The notes under the pieces are model-generated. The model made no database searches. It was given only the letters and a program-made list of their open reading frames with translations, and was not told the origin of the DNA. From positions 361,501-425,500 of the forward strand of contig NIVC01000424.1 of NCBI GenBank assembly GCA_002269645.1: a stretch of DNA of 64,000 nt, given 5' to 3'. The position numbers and the translations under genes were made by a program. Position 1 is the stretch's first letter. Every line of letters starts with the position of its first letter. This document shows, one piece after another, positions 37,242-49,334 of the stretch. This DNA comes from Macrostomum lignano. Lineage: Eukaryota.

Positions 37242-38759
37242 ATGGCACAGGCCCTGCAACTCGCGGCACCAGACGCCTTTGACCTCGAAGGCGATCCTCT
37301 GACAAGAGCTCAGCGATGGAAAACCTGGACGCGAAGGTTCAACAGCTACATACACGCAGCTGGCATCACAGATGCGACACAGCTGCTGGAGCTCTTAGTT
37401 TACACTGCGGGCGAGAAGCTGGAAGACTTCATGGACGATAACGGCGTCAAGAAAGGAGAGTCTGCGGAGGAGCTCATCAAAGAGTTGCAGGGTATCTTCG
37501 ACCAAAAGAACAGCGTTGTCTTCCTCAGGTACCAGTTTGAAATATGCCGGCAGGAGGAAGGAGAGTCAATTGAGGCCTGGTATCATCGGCTACGCAAGGC
37601 TGCGGACCAATGCACATTCGGCGAACTCCGAGACTCGCTCATCAGGGACAAGATCGTGGCTCATTACCGGTCCGAGAGGATCAGGAGGGAACTCCTGCAG
37701 CTCAACGATGTCTCCTTAGACGACGTTTTGAAGCGAATCCGAGCGAGGGAGGCAGCGGAGCAGCAGGCCCAGGCCATGGAGATCGGCGCCGCAGCCGACA
37801 CGGGCCATCCTTCCGCTTCGAATGTGGCGGCGCTGCGTCCACCTCGTAACCGACCATCCCATACAACCAGGCCGGCTGCCGCGGCAAGAGACAGCGGCAT
37901 CAACTGCGATCGCTGCGGGCGACCAGGACATCAGACGTGCGAGGCAGCCCGTAACAAGGCGTGTCGACGCTGCGGCAAGATGGGTCATTTCGCTTGGGCG
38001 TGTCGAGGAGCAGCTAAAGTCCCTCTGAGGACCGTTGACGAACCGCAGGAGGAGGCTCCGCCGGGTCGAGTCGAATATCTGCAAGACGACCCCGTCGAGC
38101 ACGAGCTATTCACCCTGAGGAACTGCGGCTCAGCTTGGACGCCTGCGACAATTAATGGGCTCAAGACAAAGGTGCTCATCGACAGCGGCGCGGCCTGCAA
38201 CATCATCGACAGGGCGGCCTACGACAGGATGCCGCAAAAAGCCGCGCTGCAGCCCGCCAGCGACAAGGTCTACCCATACAGAAGCCAAGAGCCGCTGAGA
38301 TTGCTGGGCAAGGCAGACCTGCAAGTCAGCGTGTTCGAGATCCACGAGACACTACCGTTCTTGGTGCTCGACGGTGAGGGCGCTTGCATCATTGGCCGGA
38401 GAAGCGCTGAAAGACTTCAGATTCTGCGAGTCGGCCCGGAGAACAAGGTGGCATACCAGCTGCGTCCGTCTCCCGAGGTCTCGCTAGACAGCATGCTAAC
38501 AGGGATCCCAAAGGACGTCCTACATGCGCCGGGGGCACCGGCCCTGCACGAACTCCTAACGGAGAACGCACTAGTCTTCAGCGGAATCGGCAGGCTCAAA
38601 AACTATGCCGCCCGCATCTTCCTGGAGGAGGGAGCCAGGCCGGTCTGTCATCCCCATCAAGGGTGCCAATACATCTCGCACAGGCAGTCGACGCCGAGCT
38701 GCAGTGCCTCGAGGACCAAGGCATCATCGAGCCGGTGGAAGGCCCCTGTCCGTGGGTAG
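37242..38759 (+). CDS. gag: Gag (tandem zinc knuckles) plus aspartic protease
   Basis: CDRCGRPGHQTC...CRRCGKMGHFAWAC; protease LIDSGA. Confidence 0.9.
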   Translation: MAQALQLAAPDAFDLEGDPLTRAQRWKTWTRRFNSYIHAAGITDATQLLELLVYTAGEKLEDFMDDNGVKKGESAEELIKELQGIFDQKNSVVFLRYQFEICRQEEGESIEAWYHRLRKAADQCTFGELRDSLIRDKIVAHYRSERIRRELLQLNDVSLDDVLKRIRAREAAEQQAQAMEIGAAADTGHPSASNVAALRPPRNRPSHTTRPAAAARDSGINCDRCGRPGHQTCEAARNKACRRCGKMGHFAWACRGAAKVPLRTVDEPQEEAPPGRVEYLQDDPVEHELFTLRNCGSAWTPATINGLKTKVLIDSGAACNIIDRAAYDRMPQKAALQPASDKVYPYRSQEPLRLLGKADLQVSVFEIHETLPFLVLDGEGACIIGRRSAERLQILRVGPENKVAYQLRPSPEVSLDSMLTGIPKDVLHAPGAPALHELLTENALVFSGIGRLKNYAARIFLEEGARPVCHPHQGCQYISHRQSTPSCSASRTKASSSRWKAPVRG

Positions 38760-41239
38760 CCCGCATCGTCGTCGTGCCCAAGCAGACTCCAGGCGAGATC
38801 AGGATTACGCAGGACTTGAGAGACCTGAACAAGTCGGTCGTTAGAGAGCGGCATCCCATCCCGACATTCGAGGAGGTGACGGGAGACATGGCAGGAGCGC
38901 AGCTATTCTCAGAGCTCGACATCGCGAAGGCATTTTATCAAATCCCAGTCGCCGACGAATGCCGCCATCTTCTGACTTTTTCGACACCACGAGGCCTGCG
39001 GCGGCTGACACGGCTCTGTATGGGACTGTCTACGGCCCAGGAAATTCTCCAGGCGGTCATGTCATCCGTGCTAGCTGGACTCCCGAAAGTAAAATGGATT
39101 CACGACGACATCATCGTGTATGGGCACAGCGTGGCGGAGCACCACAGCAACCTGCAGGCATGTCTGCGACGACTGGCACAGCACGGGCTGACGCTGAATC
39201 CGTTAAAATGCAAGCTCGCCCGTACCGAGGTCACGTTTATGGGGATGCAGCTGTCCAGTGAAGGTGTCAGACCAACCCAGTCCAAGTTGGAAGCCATCCA
39301 CGCATTTGCCGAGCCAAAGACTGCCACAGAGGTGCGCTCGTTCCTAGGCCTGGTCAACTATCTGGCCTCATTCACCCCCGGTCTGGCGGATGTAGCGAGG
39401 CCACTGCGCAATCTGACTAGGAAAGGCGACCCCTGGGCATGGACCGACCTCGAGAAACGAGCTTTTGACGACGTGAAGACCCGGATTGCGACCAGCGGCA
39501 CCCTCGCCTTCTTCAACCACCGCCTAGCGACGCAACTCATCGTCGACGCCGGCCCAGCGGGCCTGGGCGCGATCCTAACGCAGACGCAAGCGGACGGCAC
39601 CAACCGGCCTGTCGCGTACGCCAGCCGGACGCTATCCGATGTTGAGCAGCGCTACTCCCAGACTGAGAAGGAGGCGCTGGCCGTCAAATACGGCTGCTTG
39701 AAATTTCAGTACTATCTGCACGGCGCTCCGACATTTACGGTGGTGACAGACCACAAGCCGCTCATCGCATTGTTCAGCAGTGGCTCAAGGCCTCCCCCGA
39801 GGATCGAAAGAATGGCGCTGCGCATTCAGCACATGAAATTTACAGTCGAATATCAGCCTGGCCCACTTAACCCAGCGGACGTGCTGAGCCAGCAGCCGCT
39901 GCCAACACGAGGAAGAAATGTCGGCGAAGAGCTCGACACCCTCTGCATCGCTGCAATCGTCCAGGCGGCCATACCGAACGCGCTGTCGCTGTCCTCAGTG
40001 CAAGAGAGTTCGCTGCAAGATGCAACAATTCAAGCCGCTATTCGATCGCTGGAGACAGGACGATGGAGCCTCGAGTCGGCGGAGATGCGATCGCTCCACG
40101 CCCTACGGAATGAGCTATCGGCAGCGGACGGCGTGCTCCTGCGGGGCCAGAGAATCGTAGTTCCAATGGCGCTTCGGCGCCTGGTTTTGGACCTGGCACA
40201 CCGCGGTCATCAGTGCCTGCGCAAGACGGTTGACCGTTTGAGCACCAAAGTCTGGTGGCCAAGGGTGCAGGAGCTCTTCGTGCGTGCCTGCCGAGCCTGT
40301 GCAGCTACGTCGCACGCGGCCGACGTGACCGCCGCGCCGCTGAAGCCGACGCCGATCCCGAAAGCTGCATGGCTAACACTAGGGGCAGACCTGCTAGGCC
40401 CCATTCAAGGCAGCATGCTGCTCGTCTGCGTTGACCACTACTCGCGCTTCCCTGAAGTCGAGATCGTCCAGACCACAACGGCCGAAGCGCTGATTCCCAA
40501 GCTGAGGAATTCGTTCGCCAGATTCGGCATCCCACAGGTACTGGTCACCGATAACGGCCCGCCATTCTCCTCGGCCCAGTTCAAAGGCTTTCTGGACAGC
40601 CACGGAATCCGGCAGCGTCTCATCACACCGCTGCATCCGCAGGCCAACGGCATCACTGAGCGCCTGAACCGCTCCATCAATAAGGTTGTACGAGCTGCCA
40701 TTGCCCAGAAGCGCGACTGGAGGGCGGCCCTTGACGAGTGGCTGCTGGCCTACCGTTGCACGCCGCAGCGAACCACCAACCGGGCACCAGCCGAGCTGCT
40801 CTTGGGTCGCGTCCCAAACGATGCCATCCCGTCAATCAGGCCGTCGAGACCGGTGGCCATCGCAGACAGGAGGCTCCGACAGCAGGACGCCAGCAGCAAG
40901 GCAAAGGGCAAGCGCTACACGGACAAGCGACGGCAGGCGAGACCGCATGGGCTCAAAGTCGGCGACACGGTGCTCCGGTGCCGACTAAATCCGCTCAAGG
41001 GCGAGGCTCCATTCGAGTGGACACCCTGGCTGGTCGAGAGTGTCAAGGGCGACTCGATGACCATTCGGCAGGGCGCCAGAGTTTGCAGGCGGCACTGCAC
41101 TGACCTGAAGCGGGTAGCACCAGATGCAGAGCCTGATTTTCCTGTTGGGGAGACCGCACCGCCGATCTTGCAAGCTGCGGGGAGCGAACCCGCGACCCCT
41201 CCAATTGCGCTGCGACCACACCCCGAGAGGCCAAGGTGA
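38663..41239 (+). CDS. pol: Pol: RT, RNase H, integrase (out of frame with gag-PR by one base near 38655)
   Basis: RT ELDIAKAFYQ, WIHDDI; RNase H VDAG, EKEALA, TDHKPL; integrase H..H..C..C, ADLLG, TDNGP, TERLNR; Gypsy domain order RT-RH-IN. Confidence 0.95.
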   Translation: MPIHLAQAVDAELQCLEDQGIIEPVEGPCPWVARIVVVPKQTPGEIRITQDLRDLNKSVVRERHPIPTFEEVTGDMAGAQLFSELDIAKAFYQIPVADECRHLLTFSTPRGLRRLTRLCMGLSTAQEILQAVMSSVLAGLPKVKWIHDDIIVYGHSVAEHHSNLQACLRRLAQHGLTLNPLKCKLARTEVTFMGMQLSSEGVRPTQSKLEAIHAFAEPKTATEVRSFLGLVNYLASFTPGLADVARPLRNLTRKGDPWAWTDLEKRAFDDVKTRIATSGTLAFFNHRLATQLIVDAGPAGLGAILTQTQADGTNRPVAYASRTLSDVEQRYSQTEKEALAVKYGCLKFQYYLHGAPTFTVVTDHKPLIALFSSGSRPPPRIERMALRIQHMKFTVEYQPGPLNPADVLSQQPLPTRGRNVGEELDTLCIAAIVQAAIPNALSLSSVQESSLQDATIQAAIRSLETGRWSLESAEMRSLHALRNELSAADGVLLRGQRIVVPMALRRLVLDLAHRGHQCLRKTVDRLSTKVWWPRVQELFVRACRACAATSHAADVTAAPLKPTPIPKAAWLTLGADLLGPIQGSMLLVCVDHYSRFPEVEIVQTTTAEALIPKLRNSFARFGIPQVLVTDNGPPFSSAQFKGFLDSHGIRQRLITPLHPQANGITERLNRSINKVVRAAIAQKRDWRAALDEWLLAYRCTPQRTTNRAPAELLLGRVPNDAIPSIRPSRPVAIADRRLRQQDASSKAKGKRYTDKRRQARPHGLKVGDTVLRCRLNPLKGEAPFEWTPWLVESVKGDSMTIRQGARVCRRHCTDLKRVAPDAEPDFPVGETAPPILQAAGSEPATPPIALRPHPERPR

Positions 41240-42007
41240 AAGTGAACTATAGGGTTTAACTATAACTCGCGCTTGGCAGACTGACGCTAATATCTTGTTT
41301 GATTTTGCTTTTGCGTCTTGAGATTGCGGATAGAAAATTGTTCATTCTCCAGCTAAGGCATTACATGTACAATCAGTAACATTTTCTCTATTAATGTTTC
41401 TTCTTTGCAAGATTTTACTCGTATTTGTGGTAATTTTCAGTTTTTAAAAAAACCTTTTGCAGTAAAACTTTTAATCCAAAATGAGGAGAGATGTAGTGTA
41501 CGCTCTGCGCGGTAATAATGTACTTGGCTTGGTCGATGAACTAACTCGTAGCAATACTCTTATTACGCAATGCTCTCGTGCCTATAAATATATTGAATTG
41601 AGCAATCGGCTCATTTAAGTGCATCGTTTCTCTCGCCAAACTAAATAGCTAGTCTGAGTCATTACAATATGAAGTTTTGTAACCAACAAAGTAAATAATG
41701 TAACAAGTACAAGTTAAAGCAAAATACCTTCTAGTAATCACTAATTGTATAAATTTTTAATCAAAAGACCTGTTCCCAAATCTCGAGTTTTTTAGGGTTA
41801 GGATTCTGGTCCCGCGGGAATTCAATTTTCCTTGGGATCCCGAGATTTTGGGATTGGGATTGGGATCCCGTCCGACCTCTACTCTAGATTGATGAAGATC
41901 CTTGGACTAGATGCCACTTTTGCAAGCTTTTCTGTTGCTTGCATGGGACAGGTCATAGGTGGGTGTGGCCCTAAGTAAGGGCAAGGCTAAAGATACCTTT
42001 CTATTTG

Positions 42008-42597
42008 CCATAGTCCGGATGGTGTAATGTGGTACGCCGGAAGGAAAAAGGAGGATTCCCAAGTGGTACGCCAGTGGTACGCCAAAAGAAAGACGTGGGG
42101 GTCCCTTAGTGTATAACGTTGCGGCACTAAAAATTTCGACTTTGAAAACGGTAAAAATATGGCGGACAAACTTTAACAATTATTAAAAAATAACAGATAT
42201 AATCAGCGCTCAGAAATTTATTTACCAATAATACTAGGCTAAATTATTTTATTAATATATTTATAAAATGATTAATCAAGTTATACAATGCAGGAAAAAA
42301 TATATGCAATTTTTTACGTAAAATACATTGTCGTGTGATGTAGTCGTATCTTGTATGTCGTAATTTACGCATAATTACAAAAAGTTTTTACTCTGGCAAC
42401 GATTTTTTTGCCTGGTGGTGCCAATGGTACGCTAAAAGTGGTACGCCAATTCAACTTCAGCTTGGTGGTACGCCAAAGGTGGTACGCCAAATGCTTTTTC
42501 GAATCGGTGGTACGCCAATGGTGGTACGCCAATTTTTCGGAAAACTCATTTGGTACGCCGGAAATCTCCGGCGTACCAGTCACCTTCCGGAGTATGG
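42008..42597. mobile_element. 590-bp MITE with 8-bp TSD and repeated TGGTACGCC motifs (superfamily unassigned)
   Basis: Imperfect TIRs CCATAGTCCGGATGGTG / CACCTTCCGGAGTATGG; TCTATTTG duplicated at 42000-42007 and 42598-42605; about 10 TGGTACGCC copies near both ends. Confidence 0.8.
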
Positions 42598-45002
42598 TCT
42601 ATTTGTAGCTTAAGTTCATAGGTTGCAAATTGCAATAGGGGCTTTGCGGCTTTAGCCTAGGGCCTATTGTAGCATTTTGCCCCCTAGCATAAGACAGTAA
42701 ATAAAAAAGTAATCTATCACCAAACTTTTAAAAAATAATTATTTTGTGCTAGGCCTAACCTAAGGCCTATTCCTAGTATGTGCATAGTGCATAGAAGTAT
42801 ATATATAGACCCTAAGACTAGGGGAATAAGATCAAGTAAGTAATATAGATCATAGGCCTATTCATGGTGTTAGGGGCCTATATAATAATACAAAATGACT
42901 CATGAGTTCATAGGATGATAGGACTTTAGGAGTATATAGAACTACTCATGTTCTTATACAAGAGACTTAGGCCTAATATTGTGCTATTGTAAACATAAAA
43001 AATTGCCTATAATCTTCTAGCTAGGCCTAGGTAGGCCTAGTAAATCTACATAACATTCACATAATATTTAGGCCTAAAGTAAAAGACATCCAATACTAGG
43101 CCTACTGTCATTGACTCATTAGAATTTATGGTTAGACCAAGCATACTGCATTGCATAGCAAATTAGCAGTGCATACTGGGATGATACTGCCTAGGCTAGG
43201 CCTACTCAAATATAGGCCTAATTCTAATTCGATGCCAAATACCAGATGCCAGATGACTATAAATATAATGACAATGACAATTAGTATATCCGTAGGTAGG
43301 CTTGCGTACATATACATGGCAAGGACCTTGAAGGACGACTTAGTACTACTTATGTCGTCCTTGATATGATACAAGGCGCGTGAAGGCGGTAGAAGTATAG
43401 TCCTTGGACGATAAATGACCATCTTCTTGTTAAACGTAACCCCGTAACCAACAATTACTCTTAACTTAAAAATACGCCGTAGAAGGCTGAAACTAACGTT
43501 GATTACATTATTTGATCACCCTTTATTTAAAAAAAGTGAGTAGATTAAGTAACTACATGAATCATTAGTAAATTTGTTATTATTTCCCTTTAAAGGCTAT
43601 AAAATATCAAAATGCGGCGTATTTTGTAGAATTCTGACCATACCAAGGACTATACAAACATCTATTAAATTAGCTTGCTACTATTTTACCCTCACTACCC
43701 CGGTAGCAATAATCAATACACACCGATATGGATTTTTGCACTTCTTATGGATCTGCTGTCCTAGCTCCCAAACCTTATCTCCCCTATTGCTTTTAGGGAA
43801 TTACCCACCTTTTTATTTCTTTTTCGTAGAATCTTAATGTACAATATTCTTTTATCTGCTTTCCACCTAGCCAAGGACCTATATATATAATTGGTCCTTG
43901 ATCTTAGCTAGCACATGCGCAAAAGCGCACACTGCCCAGCTCTTTCACTGCGCAATTATCACAGCCTGCAATTATCATTTACTGTAGCACAATTGTAGCA
44001 TGGGAACACTCGATCAGTTTGCATGATCTGTGATCCCCGCCTAGCCTTTCTCACTCCATTTAACTACTCGAGCAAATAATCATCTTCTATACTTCTCAAC
44101 TTTGTTAAGTGACTAACTATAAATGCTCGCAAAACCCTTGCCAGAGTTGCTCGCTATACAGCAATGTTTCCTTCTTATTTCCTGCTGTTATTTCTACTTG
44201 TAGACATGGAGCATTTGGCAGACACTCCCACACTTTTTACCTGCGCACCCAACTGTCCATGCAATTCTTCCCATGTTTGTTTTCAACTCCCCGCCAATTT
44301 ATTTCATTTTCTTCTGCTATTACTCTGAGTCTGACTGCTCACTATTGTGTACATGTATGTTCCTCCCGAATTCTCTTTTAAACTCAACTGCACATACAGA
44401 GTGCTTAACTAGTAGAGTCGCACACCCTACTCGCGTGATCAGGCTGGCCCACATCCTCTCCATTTCTTCATTATTTCAGCAGTCCTGCCCCCCTCCCAAT
44501 TTTTGTGCACCCTTCCTCTTCCCCTGTGACTCATGCTTCTCATGCTTATCGCCTAAACACCACTATATGCTTCGAGCACCAACCCCACTTTTCTATATTT
44601 CAAAATAATTCATGCGTGTGACAATTAATTTATATCATCCCCTATCTCCCCAAGCCTTAATCTTCCTGCAGCTGTTATGTAATCCCCCATCATAAATCAT
44701 TTTCTTCGTTGTGCCCCACCCCAATTTCTCGGCTAATCGCAGCACGTCTGGCAGGTGACGTCACCAGGTTTGCTTGGTGACGGAGGGCAAAGACAAGTCA
44801 CGGCTTTTAAATATCACGCATCATATGCGCCTCACGTGATCGCGTGGCACGTGATCTGAGGATGATCTTGTAGATAAGAGCTCGTTTTGAGCCCTGAGCT
44901 GTCAAAACCTGTCCTAACCTGTCTGAACCTGTCCACTGGACTTTCTCCTTTCTCCCACTCAGGGACTACTCAAACACCGGGACGGGAAACTAGGAGTTTT
45001 TC

Positions 45003-45119
45003 ACGAGGCTGGTCTTTTAGCAGCTGACGAGGCTGGCTGGTTTATTTTCATAGAGCGATGCGCTGCGTTTCTTTGTTGTTTATGGTCATTTTCTACTGCT
45101 GCTAAAAGACCAGCCTCGT
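45003..45119. repeat. Short inverted repeat (22-bp perfect arms), possible tiny MITE
   Basis: ACGAGGCTGGTCTTTTAGCAGC at 45003-45024 and its reverse complement at 45098-45119; outer CAGGGACTACT pair. Confidence 0.6.
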
Positions 45120-46372
45120 AAAAAGTTCCTAAGTAGTCCCTGCTCCCACTCTCGTTTTACCCCGGCCCCTGACACCCGACCTCTTTTCTGACTCACTGCT
45201 TTTCCTCTGAAAGTGGCACTTCTTGATTTTACTCCCGTCTCTCCCCTTTACGAGTAACTATGCACCCTTCCGACGTGTTTCGGCTGGGCTGATTGTCCGT
45301 GTGACTGCAGCCGCCACCGTGACCATCCGATGGACCACCGCGTCAAGCGCAGCAGCCCTGCCCGCCGGCCGCGTCTGTATAAGGTATTTTTTGTCTGTTG
45401 CGCTGCCCTTGAGTATAGTCAGCCCCGGTCTTCTCCCCCCTATTGCTCACCATCTTCTAATCTTTAAATCATAGCTTATTAATTAAATCCGTTAGGGCCA
45501 AGTTTAGGGCCAGTAATTCAGAGTATTAGCTATATATTCAATTTACTATGAGTCGTGGTAGATGAAATATGAATAGTAAGTGCGCCTGTCGCAGGGCATG
45601 GAATCGAAGCTGAGGATCAGAGTGGAGGATCACCGAGTATGAGCCGAATTTAACAACTAATAGTCGTGTAGCAGCAACAATACGAGCTACTTATAAATAA
45701 GTCGCGTTAGGATGTGCACTACGAGAGAGCTCTGGGACCTGCCATTCCCCATCCCTGCTGCATCGAACCTTTCTATAGGAGGAAAGACATTAAGATAACG
45801 TTATCTACTATCCACCCTTGGAATCCTGGGGCTTAGGAGGGAATCGTAGTCCAGGGTCGCTCACCAGCTGAAAGATCCCGCCTATGCAAGAGTCCTCATT
45901 TGCAGCACTGACTAGACTGTGCTTGTAAGCCTCGCATTGAGTCACTTAACTTTAAGCTGCCGAATGATCAGCAGAGCTGACCCGAACTTGCTGTCCAGAT
46001 AATGGGATCTTGTTGGCCGCAACGCCAGCTACCGCACCATTCGGAGGCAGACAAAGTCTAGGGTACGAGGCCTGGCGGCTGTACCTTTCATCGTCAGAGC
46101 CCAGGGGTTTCACAGGTGTTTTCATATATACAGCCCGGGTTACGTCATTCATTTTCTGATACTCACCCCATTGACACGCCATTGTTCTCTCCTTTCACTC
46201 TATTGTTCTCGTTAGTTTTGCCGCATTTGATCTCGAACGGCATCATATCTATCAGTTCCTCAGAATTGCGTCACTGCCTACCTGGATCTATCTTAATTTT
46301 CCACTTGTGACACGTGATGGCCCTATACTTTTAGAAACAGGTCCGTGACGTCAGAATTAAGACCAGAGGCCA

Positions 46373-46376
<4 letters not shown>

Positions 46377-46402
<26 letters not shown>
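46377..46402. repeat. (AG)n microsatellite
   Basis: Direct. Confidence 0.95.
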
Positions 46403-46407
<5 letters not shown>

Positions 46408-48783
46408 TCGTGTGACTTGGACTCGGATAGGACGCCATATGTCAGCTGAACGTCGGTTGTAATGTAAAAGTACATACTTTTAGACACTGGATTGCTGTGC
46501 TGGTAACCTAACTGAACCCTACGGATTTGACCGACGACAGAGAGTACTGCTCGTCCTAACGCGCAGTCCACTTCAGCCATTTCACTGCTGCTTTTTGCAG
46601 CTGTCATGCTGACGTTTTGATCGACTTAAAAAAAATACAAATTGAATCAGTTTGCAATAATTATTGGCTAAAAAATTTACCGCCTAAGCTTTAATAGAGT
46701 TGAATTTTGCACCATATGTATTTTGATTTATTGTAGGTCAAAATCGATCCGAAAATAAAAATGGATTAGCAAACCAGCTCACATCTGAGCACACCAGTTA
46801 ACAAGTGCAACAACACCCTAGGCAGTCGCTGACATCAAGGCTGTGAGGTCGCTGGCAGCAGCGGGTCCTGCTGGCCCAACAGAAGCTGGCGACAATTTAG
46901 GCCCAATAAAATAAACTGGGGAGGTCAGCTTCATGGAAATGGGCAGAGAGGGCAAGTTCAAGTGCATGTATAGCGATGAAGCTGCACGCAGATTCCCATG
47001 ATTCCCACAAAAGGCGCAGGCCAAGCAAGACTTGGGATTGGAAGATGGGGAAGCCTATCCAAGAACATGCATCACGTGACCACTGAACAGACCATAAAAC
47101 CGCCGCATAGGCAACCTGTGATGTCATCATACCAGTACAGCCGCGGTTGGCTGGGATGCGATGGGACTTTGGGGAGCAGCGCTATCATAGCGTGCAAAAA
47201 AAACAAAAAAAACAAAAAAAAATTTGGGCATCAAATTGATTAAACAAATAATTACAAAAATCTTGGATAAGCAGGAGTAAGCGTGAGGAAAAACAAGCAA
47301 AGGTTTGGGTTGAGCTATTTTTTTAGTCAAAAGATGTACCGTCACGGAAAAATAGTTCGAAGAAAATCGGTTCAGCCATTTTTGCTAAAATCGATCGCTA
47401 CCTAAGATAGATATCATAGATAGATACCTACCGACAGACCATTTTTAGTATTGAAGATTCGCTCTCACTAGCTACCACTAAATAAACATTGTTTTGTGTG
47501 CAGATTCCACGTCATTAAATATTTCCTCGTTGCTCTATGCATCTGCAGTCGCGTGATTTGACGCCAGTTTTTATGGCAGTCTGAACGAGTCTTAAGAACT
47601 TTACACGCTTTGGTGGGTCCAGGGTCATGTTAGAAGTGATCGTTACGCGCACGTGGGGTCTCATCCTAAGGTCTTAAGATAGGAAGAATTTGTTTGGCAA
47701 TATTTAACATGACATATAACATTAATATAACATAACAAAACACAACATAACACATTAACAAACGGAGGAGAAAATCGTGAATCCAAGGTGACAATTATAT
47801 GTTAAAGTTCGATAAGGCAAGGTTTTTTAGGAAACTTATTTGGGGTCAGAAGTCTCACCAAGAATGACAGAATTCAATGTGTATAGGTAACAGCGAACTA
47901 AGATACCAATAAATTTAAATATCATCTTTAATATTTAATTCACTGGGAATTAGCAATTTGATTCCATTAACTAGCTACACAAACACAATGCGCAGGAAGA
48001 CAAATTCAAATTCATGAAATTAGAAATATTATTAAGGTTTACAATAAAACAGCAAATTAGAAAAAAAACTGGGTTTGAAATAGCTAGTATCAAATAATTC
48101 TTCGTAGATTTCGACAGTTCTCAATAAAAAAATCAAGACAGAGGAAAAGGTGATGAGGGATAATATGCGCTAATGCTGGATAGCTAAGTTACAAAAATTA
48201 GCAATATTCCACCCCACTTTTGAATACTCTGGAACATTTTTAGCAACATAATCGATTGAACTAATCACAACCGGGATTTGCAATGCCAATAAAATAATTT
48301 AAATAAAATAATTATTTAGTTGCAACTTCTGGTGAATCGAACACGAACAGCATAAGCACCGCCAATAAAAGGATCAGCATTTAAAAATCCTATTTAGCAG
48401 CATTTGCACAGAAAAGTCAATCAGCCCTTGCACAAAACCGACTTCATTACCTCTATTATGAAATGCCATGCCTATAGTAGCTACGAGCTAACAAATATTT
48501 ACTATAGCGGCTGGCGTCATATGGTGGTTTAACCATTTTTTTATTAGAGGCAGGGGGGCAAGGACCACTAGAAGTTTTCTTACAATTTTACGAGAATATT
48601 CGCAATTTTACCACTTGTATTTCATTCCTAACTATAAAATGCTTCAATTCAAACTACTTGTAGTTATCTTCACTTACGGTTTTAAGCTTACTTTAAGCTA
48701 GCAACATAAACAACCAACCAAACATTACCAACAGAAACCTCCAGTGAAAAATACAGTCAGTTGGTTTGCCTTTAGCCTCAAAA

Positions 48784-49231
48784 TTACCTTCTTAACTTAA
48801 AAATGTTGGCTATTGCGTCAGAAAAGACAACACGATTTGTGCGACCAAAACTTGACAGCCGATCGAAAACCGGCCTGCTCTGAAATTGTTCGCAGATTGA
48901 TAAAACTGACCGACTTGAACTATCTCTGTCCGTGAGACAGTCTGGTCCGAGCTCGTTCACCAGCCACTCGAGTGCTGAGCTGCTCACTTTATTGCATGCA
49001 GCACAGTGCACTGCACTCTTGTTTTGCCTTCCTCTCAGCTTGAAACACTCGACTCCATTCATCTTCTCTTTGATGAACTGCATTGATTCCGCCTTCTGGA
49101 ACTGAGCCGCAATGTGGATGACTGTGTTATTGTCTGCATCTCTGTCCGTGAAACAACCTCGTCCGAGCTCGTTCACCAGCCACTTAAGTGCTGAGCTGCT
49201 CACAGCATTGAAAGCAGCACAGTGCACTGCA
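48784..49231 (-). pseudogene. Ankyrin-repeat coding exon, 3' part, interrupted by the Polinton insertion
   Basis: Two similar units: AVHCAA.N.VSSSAL.WLVNELG..C.TDRD and NNTVIHIAAQ (ankyrin-like). The frame is cut at 49232 by the AGTAGT terminus. Confidence 0.7.
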
Positions 49232-49334
49232 AGTAGTATACGTTTTTTTGACACAAAGCCGATTTCCTTATGGCGAAATACATAGTAAGTACAGGCCCAA
49301 AAAAATGGCAGAGTCTGAAATTTGCCGTGCACGC
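49232..49334. repeat. Left terminal inverted repeat of the Polinton
   Basis: AGTAGTATACGTTTTTTTGACACAAAGCCGATTTCC...GTGCACGC. Confidence 0.93.

Larger units (their letters stand above)
36997..41666 (+). mobile_element. Full-length Ty3/Gypsy LTR retrotransposon (Mag-like)
   Basis: 175-bp LTRs TG...CA at 36997-37171 and 41492-41666 with one mismatch; 5-bp TSD ATATG; PBS TGGCGTCGCAAGCA at 37172; PPT AAAATGAGGAGAGA at 41478-41491. Confidence 0.97.
36808..41881. mobile_element. Non-autonomous hAT-type MITE (~399 bp without the nested retrotransposon)
   Basis: TIRs TAGAGGTCGGATGGGAT / ATCCCGTCCGACCTCTA; 8-bp TSD CTCTAGAT at 36800-36807 and 41882-41889; subterminal GGGAT(C/T) repeats. Confidence 0.85.

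Noticed and set aside
37516-41234. Numerous short ORFs on both strands within the retrotransposon
   Set aside because: Shadow frames of GC-rich gag-pol.
46030-46130. Hammerhead ribozyme (CTGACGA and GAAA on minus strand)
   Set aside because: Spacing is too short to form stems I-III with a cleavage triplet.
46377-46402. (AG)n as the Polinton left terminus
   Set aside because: The TIR match to the window end places the terminus at AGTAGT 49232.
42650-48700. Short ORFs in the AT-rich intergenic region
   Set aside because: No recognisable motifs, non-ATG starts and random composition.
49232-49332. N-terminal 33 aa of the 182-aa ankyrin ORF
   Set aside because: Derived from the Polinton TIR; chance in-frame fusion with a GTG start.
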